Origin: Leptonemataceae bacterium
GTDB lineage: Bacteria > Spirochaetota > Leptospiria > Leptospirales > Leptonemataceae
Direction: 5' to 3'
Assembly: GCA_965227295.1 (NCBI GenBank)
Contig: OZ245742.1
Span: forward strand, 896,001-960,000
DNA: 64,000 bases
Within the stretch, counting starts at the first letter, position 1, and each line of letters starts with the position of its first letter. The notes below the pieces were generated by a model. The model did not search any database, was not told where the DNA came from, and saw only the letters and a list, made by a program, of their open reading frames with translations. Position numbers and translations under genes: made by a program. Below are positions 22,226 through 32,092 of this stretch, one piece after another.

Positions 22226-23494
22226 ATGAGTTCGGACCCCTCTGCGTTCATACCGCCCGGTTTTAATCTTCCCGTCGCCTGGCTACTGGACGCGTCGTTC
22301 CCGCTGCTGCTCAAGCAGATCATGAACATTGACGAAGTCGTCCTGAAGCAGGCCGACATCGAAATGCTGCGCCGACTTTCCGAAGAACGGCTGTTGTACA
22401 CCTCGAACCACCCGTCGACGGCCGAGCCGCCGGTGGCATACTACGTGGCCATGAAGATGGGCGGGCGCTTTAACTTTATGGCGTCGCGCCAGGTCTTCGA
22501 ATGGGGCTACGGTCTCGTCGGCAAGTTGATACAAAACATCGGTGCTTACTCGGTGGTGCCGGGCACGTCGGATCGTGAGTCGGTAAAGATGTCGCGCAAA
22601 ATTCTGACCAAACCCCGCGGCAAGCTTGTGTTGTATCCGGAAGGCGAACCCACCAGCGGCGAGAACGACAATCTCATGCCGTTCCAGGCCGGCGTCGCCC
22701 AGCTCGGCTACTGGGCCCTGGAAGATCTGCGCAAGGCCGAACCGGAGGCGGACATCAAAATCCTGTGTTCGTTCGTAAAGTACGTCATGAGCGGGACCGA
22801 CGCGAGCATCAAAGCGGAGCTGCACGCTTCGTTAAAAAAAATCGAGCGCCGCTTTCGCATCGACCCGGGCAACAAGAATCTGCTGCGTCGTTTTTTAACC
22901 GTCGGCCGGGTCATCTTAGAGGAAGCCGAGGCGAAGTACCGCGTGCCCATGGCTTCGAAAGATGACTTCGATTATCGTGTGGGCCGCGTGCGCCACGCCA
23001 TCCTGGACCAGGTGGCCGAACGATTGAGCGTGCACAACTACAACATTCGCGACGACGCCATCTTTAAACTGCGACAGTTGCTCTCGGTCCTGGAAATGGT
23101 CGCCCTGGGAATGAAGGACCCGCGCGTCCCCGACATCGATCAAAAGACCTACGACTGGGCCATGACCGAGTGCATGAAGGCTTACGGTTTCATAGCGATC
23201 AGCACCGGCTACCTGGTGAGCCGGCCCACACCGGAGCGTTTCTTCGAGTGGCTGTATCGTTACGAGACCTACGCCTTCGGCAGCAGCAAGCCGCGAGCCC
23301 GGAAGGCCCACGTCTTTTTCGCCGAGCCGTTCTCGCTCGCGGATACGTACGCCGACTACAAGAGCAACAAACGCCGCGGAGTGGAAAAACTCACGACGCG
23401 CATCAAGGATCTCACGCAGGATCTCCTCGACAAAAGCCTGGAACTGAGCCAGCCGTTAGTGCGACCGGGGGACATCGATTCTTCGGATATCTGA
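22226..23494 (+). CDS. PlsC-family glycerolipid acyltransferase
   Basis: SNHPSTAEP (HX4D-like, with E) and YPEGE motifs. Confidence 0.82.
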   Translation: MSSDPSAFIPPGFNLPVAWLLDASFPLLLKQIMNIDEVVLKQADIEMLRRLSEERLLYTSNHPSTAEPPVAYYVAMKMGGRFNFMASRQVFEWGYGLVGKLIQNIGAYSVVPGTSDRESVKMSRKILTKPRGKLVLYPEGEPTSGENDNLMPFQAGVAQLGYWALEDLRKAEPEADIKILCSFVKYVMSGTDASIKAELHASLKKIERRFRIDPGNKNLLRRFLTVGRVILEEAEAKYRVPMASKDDFDYRVGRVRHAILDQVAERLSVHNYNIRDDAIFKLRQLLSVLEMVALGMKDPRVPDIDQKTYDWAMTECMKAYGFIAISTGYLVSRPTPERFFEWLYRYETYAFGSSKPRARKAHVFFAEPFSLADTYADYKSNKRRGVEKLTTRIKDLTQDLLDKSLELSQPLVRPGDIDSSDI

Positions 23495-23526
23495 GGCCAA
23501 CACGGGACCGGCGCACCTGATCACAC

Positions 23527-23565
23527 AAAAAACCCGGGACGCTCACGCGAACCCGGGTTCTTCTT
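23527..23565. terminator. Bidirectional intrinsic terminator between the acyltransferase and flaA genes
   Basis: A6-CCCGGG…CCCGGGTT-CTTCTT between convergent genes. Confidence 0.75.
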
Positions 23566-23584
23566 AATCGATGCGGAACGGAAC

Positions 23585-24685
23585 TTAGTTGCCGCCGCCG
23601 CCACCACCGCCGTTCACGGGCTGGTCGGTGATGTTGTTTTCCTGGTTGAAGCCCTGGGCCTCTTGCGGAGCTTCCTTCGGAGAGCCCGAGCAATCCACAA
23701 GTTCCGGCCAGTGTTCCGGATAACGCGCGTTCTTACGAATGAGTTCGAACAGACGGTTCTTGCGGTTGCAGTCCGCGAAGTCGAAGTCAATCTGCGCACC
23801 GTCGAAGTAAACCTCAAAGATGTCGGTCAGAACGCGGAGCTCGTCAAAGAAGACGTAGACCGTTTCCAGGCTCGTGTTCGGACGCGAACGAATCTTGAAC
23901 TGGCGGAATACCAGGGTTTTCGTCTGCGGGAACGAGGAGATATCCTGAGGAATGTTCGCCGGTACGTCCACGGTCAGCGGACGCCAGCCCACAAAGTCGA
24001 TGGAGCCGTATTTCAGAATGTGCGTATCGCCGCGCCAGTCTTCAACCCAGGCTTCGAGATCGTATTCGTTGCCGCGGCCCATAACCCACACGGAAATCTT
24101 CTTCACGGTGCCGGGCATGTCGATGCCGTTGACGCAGTCGATCATCACCGGACGTGAGGTGTCCGCGTATTCAGAGCGGGTTTGATCGTCGTAGCACTGA
24201 ATGGTCGTGCCGCCGCGCAATGCCACCTCGTTGAGGTGCGGGCGCGGACGTTCTACCGTGTAGTGATCCACGGGCGGCGGACGCAGGGTCACAACGTTGT
24301 ATCCCGGAAACGTAAAGGAGAACTTCACGCCGAGGATGCGGGCGCGGGGATAGTTCTGGTTATAGACGATATCTCGCGGTGAGCCGGCGATGAGTTTCAC
24401 CTCACGTTCGGCCTGGAGCGAAGACGCCTTGTACTGATACTCCCCCTGAACCTTGTTGTCCTTGTCGGTGAGTACCTGCCAGCCGTATCCGCCGCCGGAA
24501 TAGTCGCGGTCCCAACTTTCGATGGTAATCGCGCGCAGTTCCTCGGAAGCGACGTCGCTGCCGATGGCCGTTTCCACCTGGGCGCGGATCGTTTCGCTCT
24601 GACCGAGCATCACGAACGCCGCCGCGGCGACTCCGGCGAGAGCCGGAGTAAGCTTGTGATAGATGTTTGCAATCATGGGTTTCAT
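23585..24685 (-). CDS. flaA: Flagellar filament sheath protein FlaA (downstream paralogue)
   Basis: Signal peptide; [21 protein letters not shown] and DFVGWR motifs of spirochaete FlaA. Confidence 0.88.
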   Translation of the reverse strand: MKPMIANIYHKLTPALAGVAAAAFVMLGQSETIRAQVETAIGSDVASEELRAITIESWDRDYSGGGYGWQVLTDKDNKVQGEYQYKASSLQAEREVKLIAGSPRDIVYNQNYPRARILGVKFSFTFPGYNVVTLRPPPVDHYTVERPRPHLNEVALRGGTTIQCYDDQTRSEYADTSRPVMIDCVNGIDMPGTVKKISVWVMGRGNEYDLEAWVEDWRGDTHILKYGSIDFVGWRPLTVDVPANIPQDISSFPQTKTLVFRQFKIRSRPNTSLETVYVFFDELRVLTDIFEVYFDGAQIDFDFADCNRKNRLFELIRKNARYPEHWPELVDCSGSPKEAPQEAQGFNQENNITDQPVNGGGGGGGN

Positions 24686-24708
24686 CCTGTGTTCCCTCTC
24701 TTCTGGGC

Positions 24709-25479
24709 TTACCAGTTATCCCGAATTTCGGAGCCCGGATACTGCTGCTCGCTGCGGTCGATGAGCGCCTTCAGGCCGTCCACGTAAAAGTAGAACGTTC
24801 CGCCGACTTCATGGACGTCGCTCTGCACGAAGAGCGAGACGAAGTGCAGGTTCTTATCGAGGAGCGAGTAACGCGTGCTCTGGGGGAGCCAGCCGGGCAC
24901 GGTTACGGTCAGCTTGCGCCAGCCGAAGAAATCCAGTCGGCCCATGCGGAGCTTGTGCACGCGTCCGCGATAGTCGCGCAGCTTAATGTACAGCGTATGC
25001 CGAAACTTGCGTCCCAGGACCCACACCGAAAACTGGCGAGCCTTGCCCTTGATGACGTACTCGTGCGGCGGAGAAATCTCCACCCGGTCGAAACCGCGAT
25101 CGCCGAAGTAGGTCTTCACCCCGAGAATGTGGTTTGGATTGTCCGGCTGCTGGTTGACGGAGTAGGCCTCGCCTTCCGGCGGACGGGCGTTCTCATCGTC
25201 CGTAGCCCGGATTTCACCGCGCTGCACGATCTTGAGGGTTTTGGTATCCCCCAGCGGGCTCGTGGCATCGGCGATCCAGTCTTCGGACTCTTCAAAGTCG
25301 TCCAGCGTCTCCAGATACAGCGCCTGTCCGCCGATTTCCAGCGTCGGCTGTTCCTGGGCGCCGTTGGCCGACGGATCGGCCTGGCCTCCCTGGCCACCCT
25401 GATCTCCACCGGGCTGCTGTGCCAGCAGCGGCGCCGCAAATAATACCAGAACCATTATGGCGATTCGTTTGAGGTTCAT
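24709..25479 (-). CDS. flaA: Flagellar filament sheath protein FlaA (upstream paralogue)
   Basis: Signal peptide from ATG 25479; [20 protein letters not shown] and LDFFGWRKL motifs. Confidence 0.88.
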   Translation of the reverse strand: MNLKRIAIMVLVLFAAPLLAQQPGGDQGGQGGQADPSANGAQEQPTLEIGGQALYLETLDDFEESEDWIADATSPLGDTKTLKIVQRGEIRATDDENARPPEGEAYSVNQQPDNPNHILGVKTYFGDRGFDRVEISPPHEYVIKGKARQFSVWVLGRKFRHTLYIKLRDYRGRVHKLRMGRLDFFGWRKLTVTVPGWLPQSTRYSLLDKNLHFVSLFVQSDVHEVGGTFYFYVDGLKALIDRSEQQYPGSEIRDNW

Positions 25480-25575
25480 CTTCCCTGCTCCCAAGGGTAC
25501 TTTGTACATCATCCCTGATTTTCTTGCAAGAGATCCCCTGATCTCCGGCCGGCCCGGCATCCCGGGTCTTTGAAT

Positions 25576-25603
25576 ATATCGGCCGTACGCAGGACGATCT
25601 TTG
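25576..25603 (-). promoter_or_regulatory. Putative sigma28 (FliA) promoter of the flaA operon
   Basis: Minus strand CAAA-N16-GCCGATAT about 100 nt upstream of flaA; -10 matches the sigma28/SigD consensus, -35 has one mismatch. Confidence 0.55.
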
Positions 25604-25712
25604 CCCCTTATGTTGAGAAATTACGGCATTTTCTGTGCCGGTACTGAGCGGTTATCTGGTTTTTTTCCATCCTGACCGCCCCGGATCAAGGGGTAGGGGA
25701 TCAGGGGATCTT

Positions 25713-25881
25713 TTTTTGGGCGCCCCCGCCGCGGGTCCGCTCTCGGCATCCATACCTCCGCGGACACTTCCAACGTCCTGTTGGTCGCGCGGCGGTCGGG
25801 CTGCTCCGGGCTCGCGCATTCGCGCTCGTTCCTCGCTTCGCTCGGAATTGCGCTTCGCGCAACCCTCCGCATCCCTGGCGC
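25713..25881 (+). repeat. Structured intergenic repeat, copy A (with inserted Y-shaped module)
   Basis: Shares the blocks TTTTTGGGCGCCCCCGCCG, GGTCGGGCTGCTCCGGGCTC and ACCCTCCGCRTCCCTGGCGC with the copy at 28097. Confidence 0.85.
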
Positions 25882-25890
25882 TTGTGATTC

Positions 25891-26010
25891 ACAACTCTTC
25901 GCGCCAGGGACGTGCAGGGTGGCCGAAGGCCAGTCTCGGCCGCAGGCCGAGACCGCAGCGATAGCGGAGCCCGGAGCAGCGCGGTCGCCGCAGGCGACGC
26001 GCCCACAAAA
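25891..26010 (-). repeat. Structured intergenic repeat, copy B (inverted relative to A)
   Basis: Reverse complement reads TTTTGTGGGCGC…GCTGCTCCGGGCTCCGCTATCGCTGCGGTCTCG…ACCCTGCACGTCCCTGGCGCGAAGAGTTG, collinear with copy C. Confidence 0.88.
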
Positions 26011-26046
26011 GAATCACCTGCCACACCACCCTTAGATTCGGGGCGG

Positions 26047-26952
26047 CTACGATTTCTCCATGCGCTCCACGGTCTCCTTGACCAACGCCGTGAAGTCCTT
26101 CTTCGCTTCGGCCAGGCGTTCGTTTGTACTATTGTAGACATTCTCCCGCGTGCCGAGCAGTTCCGCCACGCCGATGCGGTCCACGACGAACGAATCGAAC
26201 AACAGGTCCTCGTAATTCAGAGCGAGCTTTTTGGACTGCTCCTCGTGCTCGTTCACCATGTGCCCGCCGGCCTGGCGGACGCGGTTGCGCACAATGCCCA
26301 GAAACTTCGGATTCGCCCGGCCGCCGTGTTCTTTGACCTCGGCCTGCATGTTCTGAATGTGCTGGAGAATGAAAGGAATACCGTAGCACGAAATGAAGTC
26401 CGGAATCGTGGGCACCAGGTAGAAGTCGCTCGCGATAATGGCGTTGCCTGAAACGAGATAGATGTTCGGCGGGCAGTCGAAAAGAATGTAATCGTACTTA
26501 CGACGCAGGGTCGTCAACGCGTCGCGGAGAACCAGATAGCGCTGCAACTGGAAGTCCTCGGCCTTCATGGCCCGCGGCTTTTTAGACATAAGCCGCATTT
26601 CGTATTCGGGCAGATCGAGATGCGACGGCAAAAGATCCAGGCCCGGCGTATTGCCCGGCATGGTGTCCCAGCTTCGGTCCAGAGCGTTTTCGATGATCCA
26701 CTCCGGATCCACCGAACTTTCTCCGGAATCGTACCAGGCGCGCACGACGTTGATCACGGAACCCTTGCGTTCCAGCCAGTCGGCCCAGTAGTGCTCGTCG
26801 ACGGTGGAGAGTGACAGCGAACACTGCGGGTCCAGGTCCACCATAAGAACTTTTTTACCGTACAGCGACGCCAGGCCCGCGCCGAGTTGGAGGGTCACCG
26901 TGGTTTTACCCACACCACCCTTATAATTAATGATTGAAATTATCTTCGCCAT
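26047..26952 (-). CDS. ParA/Soj-family ATPase (no parB adjacent)
   Basis: MAKIISIINYKGGVGKTT deviant Walker A, DLDPQ and FDCPP; true ATG at 26952. Confidence 0.9.
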   Translation of the reverse strand: MAKIISIINYKGGVGKTTVTLQLGAGLASLYGKKVLMVDLDPQCSLSLSTVDEHYWADWLERKGSVINVVRAWYDSGESSVDPEWIIENALDRSWDTMPGNTPGLDLLPSHLDLPEYEMRLMSKKPRAMKAEDFQLQRYLVLRDALTTLRRKYDYILFDCPPNIYLVSGNAIIASDFYLVPTIPDFISCYGIPFILQHIQNMQAEVKEHGGRANPKFLGIVRNRVRQAGGHMVNEHEEQSKKLALNYEDLLFDSFVVDRIGVAELLGTRENVYNSTNERLAEAKKDFTALVKETVERMEKS

Positions 26953-27048
26953 AGAAAGCCTGAAACCGGCCGCAATTGTTACAGTCTTCTCGCGTGAATA
27001 TCGACGCAAAGTGATTTTTTCGCGACCCGCGGCCGGGAGCTTTTCAGT

Positions 27049-28038
27049 ATGATCATTCTCACCGGAGCAGCCGGTCTCATCGGCAGCGCCGTCGCCCGCG
27101 AACTCAACCGCCGCGGTCGAGACGACCTGGTCCTGGTAGATCACCTGGGCCTGAGCGATAAGTGGATGAACCTCCGCTCGCTCTCCTACCTCGATTACTT
27201 CGAGAAAGACGCGTTTCTGCGCATCGCCCACGACGGCCGCCTTCCCGGCGACCTCGGCAACCGCGGCATTGACGCCATCATTCATCTGGGCGCGAACTCC
27301 GCCACTACCGAACGCGACGCCACGTATCTCGTCGAAAACAACTATCGCTACTCGGTCGCCCTGGCCGAACTCGCGGCCGCGCGACGCATTCGTTTTGTGT
27401 ACGCCTCGTCCGCGGCGACCTACGGCGACGGCGACAACGGCTTCGACGACGACCCGGAAAAAATGTACGAACTGCGTCCGCTGAACATGTACGGCTACTC
27501 CAAGCAGATGTTCGATCTCTGGTTGCGCCGTCGGAACTTCATGCCCCTCTGCGCGGGCCTGAAGTACTTCAACGTCTACGGTCCCAACGAGTACCACAAG
27601 GGCGAGATGCGGTCCCTTGTGCACAAGGCCTTCGGACAAATCGTCGAGACGGGCAAGTTAAAGCTGTTTAAGTCTCACCGCCCCGACTACGAAGACGGCA
27701 AACAGATGCGCGACTTTCTCTACGTCGAAGACGCCGCCAGGATGACCGCGCACTTCGCCCTCGACAACACCACGGCCGTCGGCGTCTTCAACTGCGGCTC
27801 CGGTGAAGCGAATACCTGGCTGACGTTGGCCGAGGCCATCTTCAAAGCCATGGATCGCGAGCCGAACGTCGAGTTCATCGACATGCCGGATCATCTCCGC
27901 GACCGCTACCAGTACTACACCTGTGCGCCCATTGATCGTTTGCGAAACACCGGCTACAGCGAACCGATCACCCCGCTGGCCGACGCCGTGGGTGATTACG
28001 TGAAGAACTACCTGCTGCAGGATGAACGCCGGGCTTAA
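27049..28038 (+). CDS. hldD: ADP-L-glycero-D-manno-heptose 6-epimerase
   Basis: TGAAGLIG, HLGANSATTE, YASSAATYG, PLNMYGYSK, YFNVYGPNEYHKG and YQYYT motifs. Confidence 0.94.
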   Translation: MIILTGAAGLIGSAVARELNRRGRDDLVLVDHLGLSDKWMNLRSLSYLDYFEKDAFLRIAHDGRLPGDLGNRGIDAIIHLGANSATTERDATYLVENNYRYSVALAELAAARRIRFVYASSAATYGDGDNGFDDDPEKMYELRPLNMYGYSKQMFDLWLRRRNFMPLCAGLKYFNVYGPNEYHKGEMRSLVHKAFGQIVETGKLKLFKSHRPDYEDGKQMRDFLYVEDAARMTAHFALDNTTAVGVFNCGSGEANTWLTLAEAIFKAMDREPNVEFIDMPDHLRDRYQYYTCAPIDRLRNTGYSEPITPLADAVGDYVKNYLLQDERRA

Positions 28039-28096
28039 CTTGTGATTCGCGGCACTTAGCAGATTGAGTTTGCCGTGAGAAGAATGAGGCAGTACC

Positions 28097-28217
28097 TTTT
28101 TGGGCGCCCCCGCCGCCTTCGGCGTCGGTCGGGCTGCTCCGGGCTCCGCTACCGCTTCGGTCTCGCCTTCGGCGAGACTCGCTTCGCGACCCTCCGCGTC
28201 CCTGGCGCGAAGAGTTG
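28097..28217 (+). repeat. Structured intergenic repeat, copy C
   Basis: Same conserved blocks as copies A and B, with TTCG-capped hairpins; lies between convergent genes. Confidence 0.88.
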
Positions 28218-28300
28218 CATCCGATCATAGCCGGCCTGCTGACCAGATACGGCCACCCTCCCCATCTTCTCTCGGTACCTCGGTCCTCGGAGTCTATCCC

Positions 28301-28912
28301 CTACCCGACATCGTCGTCATACAACTCGGGGAAGTAATGCGCGAGCACCGCGTCTTCGCGATCCCTTAACTGCTCGTCGGCGCGTTCTACGCCTTCCAGG
28401 AAATCCGCCTGGATGAACTCGACGGCGGCCTGGGCTTCTTCTACGAGTTCGTCCACCTGGTCTTCGTAGGTCTCGTCCGACTGCCGCTCGATCCACTCGA
28501 TGACGATCTGCAATGTGTACCGGCGCTTGAGGTCCATGAGGTCCGGATGCTGATCCGGCAAAAAGTCCAGGACCTTGAGGTTCACACCTTCATCCTCGTA
28601 GAGTCCGAAGATTTCTTCTTCGAGCGCCCAGAGGTCCTCGAGGATGTCGTCCAGGTCCCGTTCGAGTTGCTCTTCTTCTTCGCCGTGACGTTCGGACTGC
28701 GCCGGGGCGATCTCGTCCAGATTGCGGTGGCGCACGGAGAGCGCGTCCAGGCGGTCGCCGATCTCGTCGAGACGGCGCAGGCGATCCTCATCCTCCCGCG
28801 TCGAGAGGATCAGCGCGTAGAGGTGGAACAGACGCTCCAGCAAATCCGGAAGATCGCCGTCGTCGAAGTGATAGGCCGGGCCGTGCCCGCTGTCGCCGAT
28901 ATCGTCCTGCAT
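28301..28912 (-). CDS. Very acidic helical hypothetical protein
   Basis: 203 aa from ATG 28912, 1 nt after the upstream hydrolase stop; D/E-rich. Confidence 0.7.
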   Translation of the reverse strand: MQDDIGDSGHGPAYHFDDGDLPDLLERLFHLYALILSTREDEDRLRRLDEIGDRLDALSVRHRNLDEIAPAQSERHGEEEEQLERDLDDILEDLWALEEEIFGLYEDEGVNLKVLDFLPDQHPDLMDLKRRYTLQIVIEWIERQSDETYEDQVDELVEEAQAAVEFIQADFLEGVERADEQLRDREDAVLAHYFPELYDDDVG

Positions 28913-28913
28913 G

Positions 28914-29855
28914 TTAGTCTCTGCGTCGGGAGCCCTGGCGGCGCATCTGCTTCGAAATACCACCACGGCCGCGTCGGCGGCGAGCCGGCGGACGATCCGC
29001 GTTTTCGAAGAAGGCCGCCAGCAATTCTTCGGTCCGGTCCAGGTGCAGCGCATGTCCGGCACCGGAAATCACCGCCAATCGCACGCCGGGCGAGGCCCGC
29101 ACAATCCGCCGGGCCAGTTCGATGCCGGTAATGCGATCTTCATCGCCCCAGTAGAGCAACACCGGCACACCCAGCGCGCCGACGTCGGCCGGACGAAAAA
29201 AGATCTCGTCCTCGTCTTCGATCGTATTCTCCGCCAGATAATGATACCCTGGCTGCGACCACTCCTCCAGTAAACCGAGAATCACCGGCATACCGAGTTC
29301 CGGCAGATTGGCCGCGTAGAGACGGCGCAGGAGTTCCCGTACCTCCGCCGGCGTCCGCGGGAACAGCGTCCTCCGCCGCTCGTCACGTTCCTTTGGAGGC
29401 AGCTTCACGAATCCCGGCGCGATCAGATGCAGCTCTTTCACCGGTTCCGCCCCGGGTCGGCCGCGGCGGAGCAGAGGCAACTGCCGCAGCAGATGCGCGG
29501 CGATCATGCCGCCCATACTGTGCGAGAGGATCGTCGCGCCCTGGAGATTCAGACCGCTTTCATCAAAAAGGAAGCGACCCAGATTTCGTGCAAAGGCCTG
29601 GATGCGCCACAGCTCGCGAACGGGTGGCAGCACGGTGCCGCCGAAGCCGGGCACGTCCACGGCGTAGATGTCGTAACGATCGGCCAGGGCCGCGAAGAGG
29701 CGCCGCCACGTGTGCGCGGAATCGAGAAAGCCGTGCAGGAGGACCAGGGGCGGGCGCCCGCTCTGCCGGTAGTAGTAGTTCCAGCGCAGTCCGGTACCGG
29801 GATGTTCGACGCAAGCGTGTTGCATGCCGCTGCGGACGATGCGGCGGTGAACCAT
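28914..29855 (-). CDS. Alpha/beta hydrolase
   Basis: LLHGFLDS, DVPGFG, SHSMGG, WGDEDRI and AGH motifs. Confidence 0.88.
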   Translation of the reverse strand: MVHRRIVRSGMQHACVEHPGTGLRWNYYYRQSGRPPLVLLHGFLDSAHTWRRLFAALADRYDIYAVDVPGFGGTVLPPVRELWRIQAFARNLGRFLFDESGLNLQGATILSHSMGGMIAAHLLRQLPLLRRGRPGAEPVKELHLIAPGFVKLPPKERDERRRTLFPRTPAEVRELLRRLYAANLPELGMPVILGLLEEWSQPGYHYLAENTIEDEDEIFFRPADVGALGVPVLLYWGDEDRITGIELARRIVRASPGVRLAVISGAGHALHLDRTEELLAAFFENADRPPARRRRGRGGISKQMRRQGSRRRD

Positions 29856-29947
29856 AAAACGCCGGTAGGCCAGGGCCAGCCGGCCGAGCCATCGAAAGAT
29901 TCTATCGCGAATGAAAGCGAGCAGGTGGTTCTCCGTATTGTACCGGT

Positions 29948-30889
29948 CTATTCCGCGACCATCACCGCGGCGTGGGCGTCCACACTCTCCGCCAGGGCGT
30001 CAAGGTCGTAGCCGCCTTCGAGGAACGAGATGACCCGACCGTCACAGTGTTCGTCGGCGAAACCGAGCAGCCGCCGGCTCATCCACTCGTACGAAGACGA
30101 TTTCAACTGCAAACCGGCAAGGGGGTCCGCGCGATGGGCATCGAATCCGGCGGAAATGAGCAGGGCCCGGGGCTGGAATTCTTCGAGGGCCGGGATGATT
30201 TGCTGATCAAAGGCCGTGCGAAACTCGGCATCGCCGGCGCCGTGGGCCATGGGCACGTTCAGCGTGGCCCCGACTCCCCCGCCACGGCCGGTGTCACTCG
30301 CGGCCCCGGTGCCGGGATAGAAGGGATACTGATGCGTGCTGATGAACAAAACGTTCGGGTCCTCGTAGAACATGGCCTCGGTGCCGTTGCCGTGGTGCAC
30401 GTCCCAGTCCAGGATCGCAACTCGCTCCAGGCCGTGCTGTTTCCGTAGATACTGCGCGCAGACGGCCACGTTGTTGAACAGGCAAAAGCCCATGGCCCGG
30501 TTCGGCAGACTGTGATGCCCCGGCGGACGCAGCATCAGCACGGATCGTTTCAATTCGCCGCTCATCAAACGATCCGCCGCTTCGAGGCCGGCACCGGCGG
30601 AGATGGCCGCGGCGGCGTAGGATTTTTCGCTGACCTTCGTGTCGGGATCGAGATAACCGCTGCCAGTTTCACTGCAAAACCGATCGACGCGACGCACATA
30701 GTCGGCATCGTGGACGAGAGCGATTTCGTCCACCGTGGCCTGGCGCCGCGGGAGCTGTTGTAACTTTCCATAGTAGGACTGTTTCTCCAGGCGCTCGCGC
30801 ACGGAAACCAGGCGACGATAGTTTTCCGGATGGCCCGCACCCGTGTCGTGTTCGAGAAAGATGTCGTCCGTAAAATATCCGGTGCCCAT
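29948..30889 (-). CDS. Histone deacetylase-family (Zn-dependent) amidohydrolase
   Basis: HPE, RPPGHH, GFCLFNN, DWDVHHGNGT, SAGFDAH and LEGGY motifs. Confidence 0.95.
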   Translation of the reverse strand: MGTGYFTDDIFLEHDTGAGHPENYRRLVSVRERLEKQSYYGKLQQLPRRQATVDEIALVHDADYVRRVDRFCSETGSGYLDPDTKVSEKSYAAAAISAGAGLEAADRLMSGELKRSVLMLRPPGHHSLPNRAMGFCLFNNVAVCAQYLRKQHGLERVAILDWDVHHGNGTEAMFYEDPNVLFISTHQYPFYPGTGAASDTGRGGGVGATLNVPMAHGAGDAEFRTAFDQQIIPALEEFQPRALLISAGFDAHRADPLAGLQLKSSSYEWMSRRLLGFADEHCDGRVISFLEGGYDLDALAESVDAHAAVMVAE

Positions 30890-30940
30890 GATCACGCTCC
30901 TCCTACACCATACGCAAACGGCGCAAAATTGCAAACCAGA

Positions 30941-32092
30941 ATGAATCAGCTCCAGGCCTGGCTCGACTCGCTCCGCAAGAGCCGCAGCGACTTAGCAGAG
31001 CGCTCGCTCCTGCGAGAGTTACGCCTCCACGAGGGTCGCCTGGATTTTTCTTCGAACGACTACCTCTCCCTGAATTCCGACGGCACGCTCGCGGCCCTGC
31101 TAATGGAGATCACCCGGGAACATGGCGACGGGTCATTCGTCGGTTCCACGGCTTCGCGGTTGATCCGCGGTCACTACGAAATATTCGACCGCGCCGAAGC
31201 AGAGTTCGCGCGTTTTGCCGGAGCACCGGCGGCGTTGCTATTCACCAGCGGCTACGCCGCGAACGCCGGTACGATCCCCGCCGTAATCTCGCAGCGCGAC
31301 CTGGTGTTTTGTGATCGTCTGTGCCACGCTTCACTGCTCGACGGCGTGCGTTTGTCCGGGGCCCGGCGTTTTTACTTTGCGCACAACGACTTAGATGATC
31401 TTGAGCGACAGTTAAAGAAACACCCGGCCAGGTCTCGATCCCGGCGCTGGATCGTGACCGAGTCCGTGTTCAGCATGGACGGCGACTCTCCGAAGCTGCC
31501 CGAACTCTGCGATCTCGCCGAACGTCATGACGCCCTGGTCTACCTGGACGAGGCCCACGCCGTCGGCGTGCGCGGTCCGGGCGGTGCCGGCCTGGCCGCG
31601 GAAACAAGGACCGGCGAACGCATCGCGGTGAACGTCTTTCCCTGCGGCAAAGCGCCGGGTCTCATGGGCGCCTTCGTCTGCGGCGCGCCGGAACTCAAAT
31701 CGCTGTTGATCAACAAGGCCCGTTCGTTCGTTTTCTCCACGGCGCAACCGCCGTTGCTCGCGGAGTTGCTGCGTCGCGTGACGGCGCATCTGCCGCAGCT
31801 CGACGATGCCCGCGCGCGCCTCGCCGAAAACGCGGAGTATTTGCGCAAACATCTACGCGCCGGCGGTTACGACACGGGCGCGTCGGATGCGCAAATCGTT
31901 CCGGTGATTGTGGGCGATGAAGACTCCGCACTGGATCTCGCCGCGCGCTGCCGGGAACGCGGTCTGGACATCCGCGCGATCCGGCCGCCGACGGTGCCGA
32001 AGGGTTCGTCCCGCCTGCGCATCAGCCTGCAGGCGGGACACTCCCGCGAAGACCTGGACGAAGTCATCGCCGCACTGAATCGAGAATCGTAA
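30941..32092 (+). CDS. bioF: 8-amino-7-oxononanoate synthase
   Basis: FSSNDYL, SGYAAN, HASLLDG, ESVFSMDGD, DEAHA, GKA (PLP Lys) and IRPPTVP motifs. Confidence 0.9.
   Translation: MNQLQAWLDSLRKSRSDLAERSLLRELRLHEGRLDFSSNDYLSLNSDGTLAALLMEITREHGDGSFVGSTASRLIRGHYEIFDRAEAEFARFAGAPAALLFTSGYAANAGTIPAVISQRDLVFCDRLCHASLLDGVRLSGARRFYFAHNDLDDLERQLKKHPARSRSRRWIVTESVFSMDGDSPKLPELCDLAERHDALVYLDEAHAVGVRGPGGAGLAAETRTGERIAVNVFPCGKAPGLMGAFVCGAPELKSLLINKARSFVFSTAQPPLLAELLRRVTAHLPQLDDARARLAENAEYLRKHLRAGGYDTGASDAQIVPVIVGDEDSALDLAARCRERGLDIRAIRPPTVPKGSSRLRISLQAGHSREDLDEVIAALNRES

Noticed and set aside
25713-26010. Possible CRISPR array or tRNA in the hairpin-rich intergenic region
   Set aside because: No regularly spaced direct repeats with unique spacers, no cas genes, and no cloverleaf with T-loop/anticodon features.
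26047-26952. ParA as a sign of a plasmid or prophage
   Set aside because: No parB, rep or phage genes; the context is chromosomal housekeeping, and orphan ParA-like ATPases are common.
26953-27639. Apparent 228-aa N-terminal extension of the ParA-family ORF
   Set aside because: It is the antisense of hldD; ParA begins at MAKIISIINYKGG (26952).
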